A DNA stretch of 63,948 nucleotides, filler included, from Octopus bimaculoides (lineage: Eukaryota), in assembly GCF_001194135.2 (NCBI RefSeq). It is 4 parts of 3 records of this genome, joined end to end, with 100 filler letters (N's around TTAATTAATTAA, not from the genome) between each part and the next. Parts side by side here need not be neighbours in the genome. Positions count along the whole stretch, not along the records: positions 20,096 to 48,609 come from NC_068997.1; 3 more parts are not named here. One strand, 5' to 3'. How positions within the stretch are numbered: the stretch's first letter is position 1; each line of letters starts with the position of its first letter. The notes under the pieces are model-generated. The model was given only the letters and a program-made list of their open reading frames with translations. It did not search any database and had not been told where the DNA came from. Positions 24,614-38,453 of this stretch are shown piece after piece. Position numbers and translations under genes: made by a program.

Positions 24614-25170
24614 TAAGGAATAAATTAGAGAAAGAAATGAAACTAGGGAACGAAGGAGATAAATTTCAAACTAAAATATAAGTAAATTAAGAGACGCGAG
24701 TAAATTGATATATACATATATATATACACACACACATACAGAAATATACAGACTCACACACACACACATACACATATACATATGTATATATAGATACGTA
24801 TATATATGGATGTATGTATATACATACNNNNNNNNNNNNNNNNNNNNNNNNNNNNNNNNNNNNNNNNNNNNNNNNNNNNNNNNNNNNNNNNNNNNNNNNN
24901 NNNNNNNNNNNNNNNNNNNNNNNNNNNNNNNNNNNNNNNNNNNNNNNNCGTATATACAAACATACATGCACACATATATACATACATAGAAATACATACA
25001 TGCACATACACCAACATACATATATATACCTATCTACCAACATACATATATACATACATGTATTTACATACAGAGAATTACATATATACATATATATATA
25101 TATGTATACATACACTTACATACATACGGAGAATTACACATATACACATATTCTTATCTACCAACATACA

Positions 25171-25204
<34 letters not shown>

Positions 25205-26024
25205 CATACATTTACATACATACAGAGAATTACATATGTACATACGTACATACATAAATACACCCCTACGGCCATAATACGCATACGCACATATTTACAA
25301 TATTCTTACACACCCTGACGCACACACGCACCCCGACGCGTCACTTCATTAAATAAAAGAAGTTAAAAATTATTTTGAAGTTTTTTAAGTGAAATGTCTA
25401 AAATGTTGATGGTTATTTTCTTCAATTTCATAGCATTATTTAGTTTAAAAGTGAACGACGAAGAGGAGTGTGCGGGGTTATTATTTAAACCTTTCATGGC
25501 GCATTGTAAACACTGACAGCAAAGAAAGAACTACAACAACAACAACAACACAAAAACTACAACCACTGGCATAGTAACAAAGTTAAATGAACGTCGTCAG
25601 GCAGCAATTTTTTTTCTCTTCTATGTTAACATTAAACTAGCTGCGGGAGGCGTAGATTTCCAAGACCAACATCACAATCGTCTGACAAGCCAGTTTGTAT
25701 ATATTGAACTGCTTTTGGAGAAATATTGATTCTTTTTCTTTTTTTGAAAAAGTATTTCTGTTTTTATTTATTATATTTCGAAATAATTGTTCTGACACAG
25801 AATTCCGTATTAGGAATAATAATGATCGACATCTGTACAAAAAAAAGAAGGTTTGTAGTAATCCTTGAGTCAAATTAGGGGACATCATAGATTTCTAGTT
25901 AGGGGCAGAGGATTTATAGAAAACTTTTTTTATCTATCTATCTATCTGTCTAGATCTTTCTCTATCCCTCTCTAACTCTCTATTTCTCTCTCTCTCTCTC
26001 TCTCGCTCTCTCTGTCTGTCTGTC

Positions 26025-26084
<60 letters not shown>

Positions 26085-26123
26085 GGTGATGCAAGCAGGG
26101 AAATAGGACTCAGAACATAAATA

Positions 26124-26579
26124 CAGTAATCTCTTGTCTATCGCGGGTGTTACGTTCCAAAAAACCGCGATAGATGAAAATCCGCGGAACAGAAACAGTA
26201 GTGTACTGTATATATATTTTTAATTATTTTATAATTTGCATATATTTAGTTTATTATGAATGCAAAACAACACCACACAGTCGCCTCCCGAGTTTCGTTT
26301 TCCACACTATGTATTTTCCTTTAATATATTTTAATTAATGAGTTATACAGTGTAGCACTGAATTGTATTTTTATTTATCAAATTATTAATTTTTAGGCAT
26401 GAAAATGCTTATTTTACTACAGAAACAATTAAAATTTAAAAAAATATAAATACCTATCGGCCGCAGAAACCAGCGATGTCCTGGAGAGTCTGCGATATAA
26501 ATTTAAATATATTAGCCAGAAAAATCTGTGATGTGCTAAGAGCGCGATAGGTGAAGCGCGATACGGAGAGTGATTACTG
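26124..26579. mobile_element. Tigger/pogo-like MITE, 456 bp
   Basis: TA-CAGTAATCTCT..GAGTGATTACTG-TA (TIRs plus TA duplication), subterminal ATCGCG/CGCGAT motifs, AT-rich non-coding interior. Confidence 0.75.
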
Positions 26580-28895
26580 TATGTATACGTTTCTTATTTA
26601 ATAATCGGCAGAAATCACAGAATGTCTCAAAGACCGACAGTGTCGTACTTTGTTACTTATTTTCGAAGTGGAAACGAATGAAGCTCTCGGCCTCTGAGTC
26701 ACTCTACGCTTTGTTTCGATTATTAAAAGAAGAAAAAAGCCTTTGATACAATATAGATATGTGGTGCAAATATGTAAGTTGGTGAGGAGTTTTGTCAAAG
26801 TTCAAAGTGTTTTGTTGACATATTGGCGAGATTTGTTCCAAAATACTTGTAGCTGATACATCATCGAATTTTATCTAAAGCTTCTTTTGTGAAAAACAGC
26901 TCAGCGAACGTCGTAAAACCAAGGAAAATGGGGAAAACATGTGGTGGTATAAATAATTGCGAATGCTACAGGAGAAACTCCATTAATAACAGTAACAACA
27001 GCTGCAGTTGGTATGGCGATATTTACTTTGATAAAAAGATATGAGATAGAATTATTAAGCAACAATAAAGCAACATAAAATACGAAGATATGAAATATAT
27101 ATGAGGAAAAAAAACAGAGAGTGGGAGATAGGGAAGGAGGAGGGGGAATGAGATGGAAAGGGGAGGGGACATGGAGACGGAGAGCGGTGGTGGGAGTAGA
27201 GGAATAAAGAGAAAAGAAGGGAGAAATAGAAGTCTAAGAGACAAAATGAGATAGGTTCACAAAAAGACAATGAATCTTCGCTGCTACGACTAAAAAAATA
27301 TCTGAAGTTATGTGAACATGCGCTCACATACAGATATATGGATTTGCACATAAATATAAATATATACATATTAAATACATACATACAAATATATATATAT
27401 ATTCAATATATATACATGTGGTTTTAGAGTCAGTTTTGACTGCTATTTCTAGCATGGTGGTGTCTCCTCGGTACCCTTAATTATAATTAATTAATTTATA
27501 TTATCATATATCTATAATAATTATTACCTATATGGATTTTTCCATGCTGGCCACATGCAATATGTCTCTTAGTATTTCATATTCAAATGTTCACTGAACG
27601 TACCATCGATATCACGCAATAGAATATTATAACTAGAGTCGAAAGAAGACTTATAATAATGGTCGAACGTAGCAGCAACTTCTGGAGATCCGCAGTAATT
27701 TGCAGAATATGACGACCACAGTAAATATACCAGAATCTTAATTAAGGAGCACGTTTATCCAGTGAAATCTAGCGTGGTCCTAAAAGCAGATAACGAATAA
27801 ACAATATTCCTGTGTAAATGTATTTACTGAAATATTGTATGAACGACGTTTCAATCGTACAGTATGTGTCGGCTGAGTATGTATAAAGAGATACATACTT
27901 CAATACGCTCTCACGTACACATACACATACATATACATACATACCTATATATGTACAGATGTGTACACGTATATATTATTTATATATNNNNNNNNNNNNN
28001 NNNNNNNNNNNNNNNNNNNNNNNNNNNNNNNNNNNNNNNNNNNNNNNNNNNNNNNNNNNNNNNNNNNNNNNNNNNNNNNNNNNNNNNNNNNNNNNNNNNN
28101 NNNNNNNNNNNNNNNNNNNNNNNNNNNNNNNNNNNNNNNNNNNNNNNNNNNNNNNNNNNNNNNNNNNNNNNNNNNNNNNNNNNNNNNNNNNNNNNNNNNN
28201 NNNNNNNNNNNNNNNNNNNNNNNNNNNNNNNNNNNNNNNNNNNNNNNNNNNNNNNNNNNNNNNNNNNNNNNNNNNNNNNNNNNNNNNNNNNNNNNNNNNN
28301 NNNNNNNNNNNNNNNNNNNNNNNNNNNNATATATATATATATATATATACATACCTATATATGTACAGATGTGTACACGTATATATTATTTATATATATA
28401 TTTTGTTTTTTTGTTTGTATACATAAACACACATACGTTTTTTTAAATATATATTTACGTGCAGCAACAAAACAAAAATAGAAAAACAAAATATCATACA
28501 ATTTAACCCACCCTGCGGCGAAGATGTATGCTCAACCATTGCTGCAACTGTTGGATACCATATAAGAAATATTTTTTACCTAGACCTAACTACAAGAAAT
28601 TGTTTGGCAAACATTATGACAAGGCCATTTCTGACTTCGCGAAGAATGTCTGCTGCACAATAATGCGTAATCTACAATGAACACTTTGGAACAGTGCTTA
28701 AGAGACGAAGTATACATGCATATCATAATATAGCTTACCCCTATATGATTTATGCTAAATAAAATCCATTATTTGTGTAATAAACTGTGGCGAATAGCAT
28801 AGGACAACAAATGTACAATGTTGGCATGAGTGAAAGAAAGTTAAACATTCGTTCAAAATTTATAATCAATCTTGCATACTTGCATATATATGTTC

Positions 28896-28949
<54 letters not shown>

Positions 28950-29095
28950 ATATGATATATATGTATATATTTGTATATGTATGTACGCCATTGGTCAGTT
29001 TTATTTCAAGATTTCTTGCTAATACAGAAAGAGTTGATTTTTAACCTAGATCCAAGTCTCCTTCATTGGAATTTCAACATCAACAGGGTATTTTT

Positions 29096-29222
29096 GTATG
29101 TATGTATGTATGTATGTATGTATGTATGTATGTATGTATGTATGTATGTATGTATGTATGTATGTATGCATATATGTATGTATATACGTATGTATGTATG
29201 CATGTATACGTATGTAGGTACG

Positions 29223-29277
<55 letters not shown>
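29096..29277. repeat. (TATG)n(TATC)n microsatellite; similar arrays at 21797-21862, 25930-26080, 44343-44412, 47880-47955, 51943-52063, 55060-55145, 56700-56800
   Basis: Direct read. Confidence 0.95.
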
Positions 29278-29496
29278 AAGTTTGCATGTGAATGTGTATA
29301 TATGTATATATGCCTGCATGCGTTTTATGATAAACTTTCACACGCTCATTTTCAAACCGATCGAAAATTTCTCATTTAGGGACCTATATTACATGTACGT
29401 GCCGAAACATATAAGTATACACACCCATTAACGTTCACACCCATATACATATGTACATACATAAATACACAGGCACACACCACACACACACACACA

Positions 29497-29544
<48 letters not shown>

Positions 29545-30859
29545 AGTACATATTTAGCTATGTATATTGATGTATATTATATCTTACATATATACATATA
29601 AACATGTGTGTTTGCTTAAATACTTGCATGTATGTATATATGTATATATACATGAAAATATGCATATACGTAACAGGAGATGGTCTACGCAAGCAACGAG
29701 ACGAGTTAGTCTATTGTCATTACGATTATAGCATGATTACCACGCGACATTCTATGACCAATAGAAATTAGGCTCTAATACTGCTGATAGAAATGCCATT
29801 ACGCTGAACTGAAGCTGAAAAGTAAGTCACACGACGCAGAATCATTAATGTCGTACATTTAGAAAAGAACTATGCAGAACCTAATCCAACTTGAAATAAG
29901 AGTCGTAATATGAGATGCGAAATCAAAATTTAAGAAAATAAACACGGCCGATTATGTAAATACATATAAATTTGCAATAATCTACATTCAACGACGCCAG
30001 CACTCATACATACATACATACATACATANNNNNNNNNNNNNNNNNNNNNNNNNNNNNNNNNNNNNNNNNNNNNNNNNNNNNNNNNNNNNNNNNNNNNNNN
30101 NNNNNNNNNNNNNNNNNNNNNNNNNNNNNNNNNNNNNNNNNNNNNNNNNNNNNNNNNNNNNNNNNNNNNNNNNNNNNNNNNNNNNNNNNNNNNNNNNNNN
30201 NNNNNNNNNNNNNNNNNNNNNNNNNNNNNNNNNNNNNNNNNNNNNNNNNNNNNNNNNNNNNNNNNNNNNNNNNNNNNNNNNNNNNNNNNNNNNNNNNNNN
30301 NNNNNNNNNNNNNNNNNNNNNNNNNNNNNNNNNNNNNNNNNNNNNNNNNNNNNNNNNNNNNNNNNNNNNNNNNNNNNNNNNNNNNNNNNNNNNNNNNNNN
30401 NNNNNNNNNNNNNNNNNNNNNNNNNNNNNNNNNNNNNNNNNNNNNNNNNNNNNNNNNNNNNNNNNNNNNNNNNNNNNNNNNNNNNNNNNNNNNNNNNNNN
30501 NNNNNNNNNNNNNNNNNNNNNNNNNNNNNNNNNNNNNNNNNNNNNNNNNNNNNNNNNNNNNNNNNNNNNNNNNNNNNNNNNNNNNNNNNNNNNNNNNNNN
30601 NNNNNNNNNNNNNNNNNNNNNNNNNNNNNNNNNNNNNNNNNNNNNNNNNNNNNNNNNNNNNNNNNNNNNNNNNNNNNNNNNNNNNNNNNNNNNNNNNNNN
30701 NNNNNNNNNNNNNNNNNNNNNNNNNNNNNNNNNNNNNNNNNNNNNNNNNNNNNNNNNNNNNNNNNNNNNNNNNNNNNNNNNNNNNNNNNNNNNNNNNNNN
30801 NNNNNNNNNNNNNNNNNNNNNNNNNNNNNNNNNNNNNNNNNNNNNNNNNNNNNNNNNNN

Positions 30860-30898
<39 letters not shown>

Positions 30899-31298
30899 GT
30901 ATGTATATGTATGTATGTATATGTATATGTGTGTGTGTACACACATACATACACACATATATAAGCCATAAAACCAAGACGTATGAGAGGAAAGTGTATA
31001 TACATTAACCACATGAAATACTTAGGGTTATAGCCGTTGTGCAACCTTCTCCATGCAATATTACATTCAGCATGGAGGACATTGTGCGCACATGCTTTCA
31101 TTGATATGTACTAGCAGGACCCGTGAATATTTCACAGAATTAATTGTGAACCTATTGGGTATTTCCTGAAAAGTTTTTCCCAAAAACCTGAAAGCCTGTG
31201 TTGTGTCTGTATCAAAAGATAGTCACTCATTTGCTAATCATTGAAAAGTGAAGGAAACTGGAATAAGATGATACAGTTCTATATTTAACATTTTCCCA

Positions 31299-31346
31299 AG
31301 ACACCTGATGAAGGCTGAAGGGTATATCAGCCGAAACGTTGTGTCT
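31299..31346 (+). ncRNA. Minimal type I hammerhead ribozyme motif, family H
   Basis: AGACAC-CTGATGA-A-GGCTG(aagggtatat)CAGCC-GAAA-CGT-T-GTGTCT: 6-bp stem I, 5-bp stem II, palindromic ACGU stem III. Confidence 0.8.
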
Positions 31347-31370
31347 GATTTTCACGTTTTNNNNNNNNNN

Positions 31371-31432
<62 letters not shown>

Positions 31433-32270
31433 ATTATATATTTATATATAATATGTATATATATATGTGTGTGTGTGAGTGTATAGGTTTGTGTGAATAA
31501 AGGCGCGTGGCGTAGTGGATCGGGGTTTTGCCCTCACGATTGAAAGACGTGAGTGTAACACACGAGTAAGGCAATACATCCTGTTTTCGAACAACATACT
31601 TCGTCTCATGCTGCTTTGCTATCATTTTCCCATCTGATATATGGCACACCGCGCACCTCTACAAGCAAATGTCGATTCTATGGTGACAATGAGCCAATGT
31701 ACAGCACAAAATTTTGATTACTATATACAAATCATGTGTGAAGGTTGTTCGGCAAATAGCTGCATGGCCTCCATCTGTCGTCTACGACACGAGAGTACAC
31801 CATAAAACAACAATGATTTGTAATTTGAAAAATATTTAAGAAACGGTGGATTGTTACAAAAAAGGTTAAATATATTTAAAAGGAAGCAGAATATTGTTAA
31901 TATGGTAATTTAGTTTTCGACTTGTAATGTAAATTTATATTTTAATAACGTATGAATAAAAGCATGTTTATGTTATTATAATTAAGTCTAGTCTTTATAA
32001 ATTTCATTATTAGCAAAATTATGATGTGTAATATATTACTAAGTAAACAAAGATACACTTTCTTATTCTATACTAAGTGGGCAAACGAATTTATACACCA
32101 GGAGAAAATATTTTATTATTTAGATTAGTAAAACAATATGTCACAAGGAAAGCAAACTTCTGTTTAGTGTGATTTTTGATGTGAAATAAAATATTTTGAA
32201 TATCATAAAACCCTAAAGATATTCACAGCTGTTGACATTGATTAAAATGCGTTGGTGTTTAGCACATTGC

Positions 32271-32322
<52 letters not shown>

Positions 32323-32328
<6 letters not shown>

Positions 32329-32482
32329 GATCACAATGTACTCCAAATTAAAAGTGGAAATGGCAAGACTGTATGGAATGCGAGAGGGTAATGATAAAGT
32401 GATACCAGTGGTAATCGGAGCGCTGGGCTCAATCCCATTGAAACTTCAAAACTTCTTAAGGCAACTGGAAATCCCATGCAGT
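32323..32482 (+). pseudogene. RLE-type LINE C-terminal fragment embedded in (AAT)n/(ATT)n
   Basis: KKITMYSKLKVEMARLYGMREGNDKVIPVVIGALGSIPLKLQNFLRQLEIP. Confidence 0.8.
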
Positions 32483-32556
32483 ATTATTATTATTGACACA
32501 CGAGATGTCGAAATATCGTTCACTAGATAACAATAGCACTCTTCTTTTAATTTTGA

Positions 32557-32602
<46 letters not shown>

Positions 32603-32790
32603 GTGGTTTCAGATTCTGGCACAAGGCCTGCAATTTTAGAGAAGAGAATTCGATTACGTTGACGTACTTCATTTTGTCGACCCCGAAACGAAAAAGGTAA
32701 ATTCGATCTTGGCGAGATTTGGGATCTGAACGTAAAGTGTCGGAAGTAATACTGCTAAGCAATTTCGTTCGACGCACTAACTTTGCACAT
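32603..32790 (-). mobile_element. SINE family A variant, old
   Basis: GGCACAAGGCC..TTTTGTCGACCCCGAAA..CTGAACGT..CTAAGCA.TTTCG. Confidence 0.65.
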
Positions 32791-34194
32791 CTCAACATGG
32801 TCCACACCCTCTTTAATAGTTCATTCAAGTATATACACTCATGCGACAGTAGCATACATACACCCGAATATTTCACCTAATGTACCTTCACAGTAGCATA
32901 TACATCAGACACTCATATACACACAGCAACCACGCAAAACTCCCTAGAAAAACCTGCAGAATATATACACAGGTTCCTTCGCATTGCCTCCATGCAGAAG
33001 TCACGTTACTCCGTGGAAAAATCTAACAGCATCTACTGATATTTATTCAAAAGTATGTAAACCAGACCAGAAAAGTGTTGTGTTGCCTACCCGTTTGTTC
33101 TCTGTCCAATTTGTATCCTCAGATTTTTTTCCTATGAATCTGGAACTCCATTCCTTCTTTACAGGAGGGAACTAAGACCTATGTATTTTGAAATTTTGTT
33201 CATGGTGTTCTTAATTTTTCATTTTTTCTTCTTTCACTCCAGTCACAGTTTCATTGCAAATTTTAATTACATTTTGATCATTTCAACTTATAATTACGGT
33301 TCAAAAGTTCCCGTGTTTATAGATACCCTTCAGAAAATGCAATAAGTTCTACTAAATTCGTATCACATCAGAAACATATCTTTTAAAGTGAATCTTGTTT
33401 TAAATCATTTTAAATTCAGAATGTACATTAAAAGGCAATCTTAAATATGTTTATAGCCATTATTTTTATTCAATCCGTTTACTATTAAATGTTTTATATA
33501 TGTCTTATTATTGAACGTTAACTCAAACAAACATTTTATGACAACTCATAGCATATTTGAAGTTTCCTGCTATTCAAATTGTTCTATTTCCTGTTTAAAA
33601 CATAATATATCCAAGACTGATTTTCTTATAAATTATATTGTAATTTCCTAATTTAAATAATAAGTTATTGCTCCTATTTTATATAATCTATTACATGGTT
33701 TATACGGAATAAAACAATTTTCTCAGAAAGCTTATATGTTTTACTCGTACACAAATTTATTTTACGAAGACTAATCTTAATTACTATAAGGCGTCAATAA
33801 TTATAAAGACATTAATTAAATTGCAATTTCAATAAATTTTAAACAGGTAGATTATCATCTTGGTTATGTGACTATTCATATGTATACATTTAACAGTATT
33901 CACTACAAACAGAACGCTTCGTTGAAGTACAAAATCTCCTCGCTCATTTTCCACAGCCCATTATATATCTTCTCTGTGACAACCATCTGGTAGTCACAAC
34001 ACTCACTCACTCACACACACACACGCACACATACACGCACGCGTACACACACACACACACACATACACACACACACAAATTTAGTCTCATTAGAAAACCT
34101 AGCCCAATGCATATATATAATCATATATATATAATCATATATGCTTACGTATTAATAATAATTTCTATTATAAGCAGAAGGCGTTCTAAGAATG

Positions 34195-34392
34195 CTTTTC
34201 TACTCTAGACACAAGGCCCGAAATTTTGGGGGCAGGGTACCAGTCGATTAGATCGATCCCAGTGCGTAACTGATACTTAATTTATCGACCCCGAGAGGTT
34301 AAAAGGCAAAGTTGACCACGACAGAATTTGAACTCAGAACATAAAGACAGACAAAATACCACTAAGTATTTCGCCCGGCGTGCTAACGATTC
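34195..34392 (-). mobile_element. SINE family A variant with a different 3' tail (CACAAGGCCCGAAATTTTGGGG)
   Basis: Body matches family A; tail shared with 32603-32790 and 58570-58685. Confidence 0.85.
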
Positions 34393-35884
34393 TTTTCACT
34401 CTCCATGCTTTAGCTTTTTTATTATAGCAATAGTCCGGATACTTATTGATCAGAGCACGTAGTGTTTCGGCCTTACATCCGTCCGTCTCCCCTAAAATGT
34501 CCCTAAAGTTTACGTTCCAATGTTCCAAACATGTTTCTCTAGAATGTGCCACAGCCAGCCCCTATTCGTCTTCCTAATCTGAGTTTCGGTAGGCAGTTGC
34601 TTCGCCTGTTCCAATAAGGCTTTTTTCTGAGTCTGGTTTACAAAAACAATCGGAGGATGTACCAGAGACATTTATTCAAAATCTAACCGTTGAATCTGCG
34701 TATACAATTTTCTTCAGCGAGCAATTACGAACATGCTTTTAAAATTCTATCATTGTAGCTGGTTTTCTCAGCGAAAACGTTACCGTTCTAAATTATTTTT
34801 AACTTTCTATTATTTGACAGAAACGAAGAATAGTTTCCCCCACGTTTTATTATTCATTCAATTTACGCTTTCTACGCACAAGCAATGAGAGTATTAGTGT
34901 GTAGCACAGCCGTACCTTAACAACTGGATAGGCTTCTTTCGACCTCAATATTCAGCCAGTCCGTCTTATAGATACTTTCATCGGATAGATGTCACATCAC
35001 AAGGCAACAGACAATATCTTACAGTCCAAGTAATTTGAGCCTGGAATTATCGCTGCTTATTCACATTGACATTAATGTTTATTTCCTCCCATGAAAACAC
35101 ATAGGAGAATGTCACAGAAGCAGTGAGACTCGATAATATTAAAGAAAGGAACCTGACATTATATCATTAAGAAAGAGTTCTGTGTGACAAGACTCAATAT
35201 ACAGCGTCAGAAACATTTTGAAACCTGATTGGTAACCTCCCAAGTGTACATATGTGTGTGTTTGTGTTTGTGCATGTATATCTATTTATCTATCTGTCTG
35301 TCGATCTCTCTATATATATATGATATTATATATATNNNNNNNNNNNNNNNNNNNNNNNNNNNNNNNNNNNNNNNNNNNNNNNNNNNNNNNNNNNNNNNNN
35401 NNNNNNNNNNNNNNNNNNNNNNNNNNNNNNNNNNNNNNNNNNNNNNNNNNNNNNNNNNNNNNNNNNNNNNNNNNNNNNNNNNNNNNNNNNNNNNNNNNNN
35501 NNNNNNNNNNNNNNNNNNNNNNNNNNNNNNNNNNNNNNNNNNNNNNNNNNNNNNNNNNNNNNNNNNNNNNNNNNNNNNNNNNNNNNNNNNNNNNNNNNNN
35601 NNNNNNNNNNNNNNNNNNNNNNNNNNNNNNNNNNNNNNNNNNNNNNNNNNNNNNNNNNNNNNNNNNNNNNNNNNNNNNNNNNNNNNNNNNNNNNNNNNNN
35701 NNNNNNNNNNNNNNNNNNNNNNNNNNNNNNNNNNNNNNNNNNNNNNNNNNNNNNNNNNNNNNNNNNNNNNNNNNNNNNNNNNNNNNNNNNNNNNNNNNNN
35801 NNNNNNNNNNNNNNNNNNNNNNNNNNNNNNNNNNNNNNNNNNNNNNNNNNNNNNNNNNNNNNNNNNNNNTATATATATATATAT

Positions 35885-35921
<37 letters not shown>

Positions 35922-37225
35922 AGAGATAGAAAGAGAGAGAAATAGATAGATATATCGATAGATAGATACAGATATATATGTGGAGAGATATGTGTATGTA
36001 TGTATGTATGTGTGTGCAGGAATGTGTGTATGTATGTGTGCGTATGAATGTGTGTATGTATGTGTGTGTATGAATGTGTGTGTGTGTGTGTGTGTGTGTG
36101 TATCTTGTTATATTTGGGTTTGTAATGAATGGAGGAAATACCTATGAAACGTTCTCAACAACCAAACAGAAGAAGATCTCTCATCGTTTCCAGATGACAA
36201 AATTACACGCAGCAGAAAATCTGAACGTTGCTAATGGACACTTTATGGAGTGATATATCTAAGTTATTAATGCTAAGCCTAATAGGAAATCATTAGAAAA
36301 TGGCGTGGACACAGCAGCAATCGTATTATGCATTAGGAACCTGTAGGTTATGAAATCACAACAGGACCATATAGAAGCATTTAATAATGAAAATGCTCCG
36401 ACCTAGTTGTAAAAAGAAATGTGATACGAATATAGATTCTGTATAGCATGAATTTGAATGTCGCTATTCATATATATGTGTGTGTGTGTGTATGTGTGTG
36501 TGTGTGTAAGTGTGTGTGTGTATGCATGCATTCATATACGTATATATTATATTTATGTACGTATACACACACATATACACGCACACACACACACACACGG
36601 ATATGTATGCGTGTGTCTATGTATGTATGTATCTATTTATCTAACCATATATATATATNNNNNNNNNNNNNNNNNNNNNNNNNNNNNNNNNNNNNNNNNN
36701 NNNNNNNNNNNNNNNNNNNNNNNNNNNNNNNNNNNNNNNNNNNNNNNNNNNNNNNNNNNNNNNNNNNNNNNNNNNNNNNNNNNNNNNNNNNNNNNNNNNN
36801 NNNNNNNNNNNNNNNNNNNNNNNNNNNNNNNNNNNNNNNNNNNNNNNNNNNNNNNNNNNNNNNNNNNNNNNNNNNNNNNNNNNNNNNNNNNNNNNNNNNN
36901 NNNNNNNNNNNNNNNNNNNNNNNNNNNNNNNNNNNNNNNNNNNNNNNNNNNNNNNNNNNNNNNNNNNNNNNNNNNNNNNNNNNNNNNNNNNNNNNNNNNN
37001 NNNNNNNNNNNNNNNNNNNNNNNNNNNNNNNNNNNNNNNNNNNNNNNNNNNNNNNNNNNNNNNNNNNNNNNNNNNNNNNNNNNNNNNNNNNNNNNNNNNN
37101 NNNNNNNNNNNNNNNNNNNNNNNNNNNNNNNNNNNNNNNNNNNNNNNNNNNNNNNNNNNNNNNNNNNNNNNNNNNNNNNNNNNNNNNNNNNNNNNNNNNN
37201 NNNNNNNNNNNNNNNNNNNNNNNNN

Positions 37226-37745
37226 ATCTCGTCTGTCTTCGTGTTCTGAGTTCAAAAACCTCCGGGGTCGACTTTGCATTTCATCCTTTTGGTGTCAATA
37301 AATTAAGTACCAGTTACGCATTGGGGAGATGTAATCGACTTAATCCCTTTGTCTGTCCTTGTTTGTCCCCTCTATGTTTAGCCCCTTGTGGGCAATAAAG
37401 AAATAAGAAACTTAGCACTCCGGGTGAAATGCTTAGCGGTATTTCGTCTGCCGCTACGTTCTGAGTTCAAATTCCGCCGAGGTCGACTTTGCCTGTCATC
37501 CTTTCGGGGTCGATTAAATATGTACCAGTTACGCACTGGAGTCGATATAATCAACTTAAACCGTTTGTCTGTCCTTGTTTGTCCCCTGTGTGTGTAGCCC
37601 CTTATGGGAAGTAAAGAAATAAGAAACTTTAGCACGCCGGGCGAAATGTTTAGCGTACTTCGTCTGTCCTTGCGTTCTGATGTGGATGTTATCGACTTGA
37701 CCCCCCCCCTGTAATTGCTGGCCTTGTGGCATAATTTGAAACCAA
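37226..37745 (+). mobile_element. Head-to-tail array of three SINE family A units
   Basis: Tail AAAGAAATAAGAAAC joins directly to TTAGCAC.CCGGG.GAAATG at about 37410 and 37627. Confidence 0.9.
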
Positions 37746-38159
37746 TATTTTGTATGAAGTATATATCTAATACTCTACGCCGAATTGCACTCTAAAATAT
37801 TAATTCTAGGTGATATAGTATGTAGAAGTGGTTCATATTTATAGATTAAACTCCACTGATACAAACTTTAGTATTGCTTCTCCTGAAATACCCATGTGAT
37901 TATTTCAATCGTCCAATCAACATTTCCAAAATCAATAACTTTATATTTCATAGCTAGAGATCGAATTTCAAATTTATCACTGACTGGTTGAATAAGCCGT
38001 TAACAGTAGACTCTATTAATGAAATCAAATTTTACAATACATAACCTCTGCTGTTAATACTACTAATATGTTTAAGAATAATACGGTATTTCAGTGCACT
38101 TTTAAAAACAAGAATCGATATAAGTTATCGTTATAAATATGTTTAATAGGAATAAAACT

Positions 38160-38453
38160 TGCACTTCGTCGGTTACGACGACCAGGGATCGAGTTGATCC
38201 GATGAACGGAAAATAACGTACAAGTGGCTGAGCATTCCACAGACAATCGTAACCTTAACGTAGTTTTCAGGGAGATTTCGCTGGACAGAGAATGTGAGCC
38301 GGCTGCACTTGGAATTGCAGCCAGTATTCATTTTTGCTCGCTGAGTGGACTGGAGCAACGTGGAATAAAGTGTGTTACTCAGGGACAAAACGCACTACCC
38401 AGGAATCGAAACCACGACCCTATGATCGTGAGTGGAATACCCTAACCGTGAAG
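38160..38453 (-). mobile_element. Adjacent SINE family C 3' part (38160-38315) and family D 5' part (38325-38453)
   Basis: Reverse-complement matches to 2440-2599 and to 10856-10973. Confidence 0.8.

Noticed and set aside
32973-33182. Two exons around a 70-bp GT-AG intron (33053-33122)
   Set aside because: Good splice signals, but splicing gives a stop after four codons.
34455-34725. Minus-strand CUGAAGA..CCGAAAC segment
   Set aside because: No consistent stem I or cleavage triplet.
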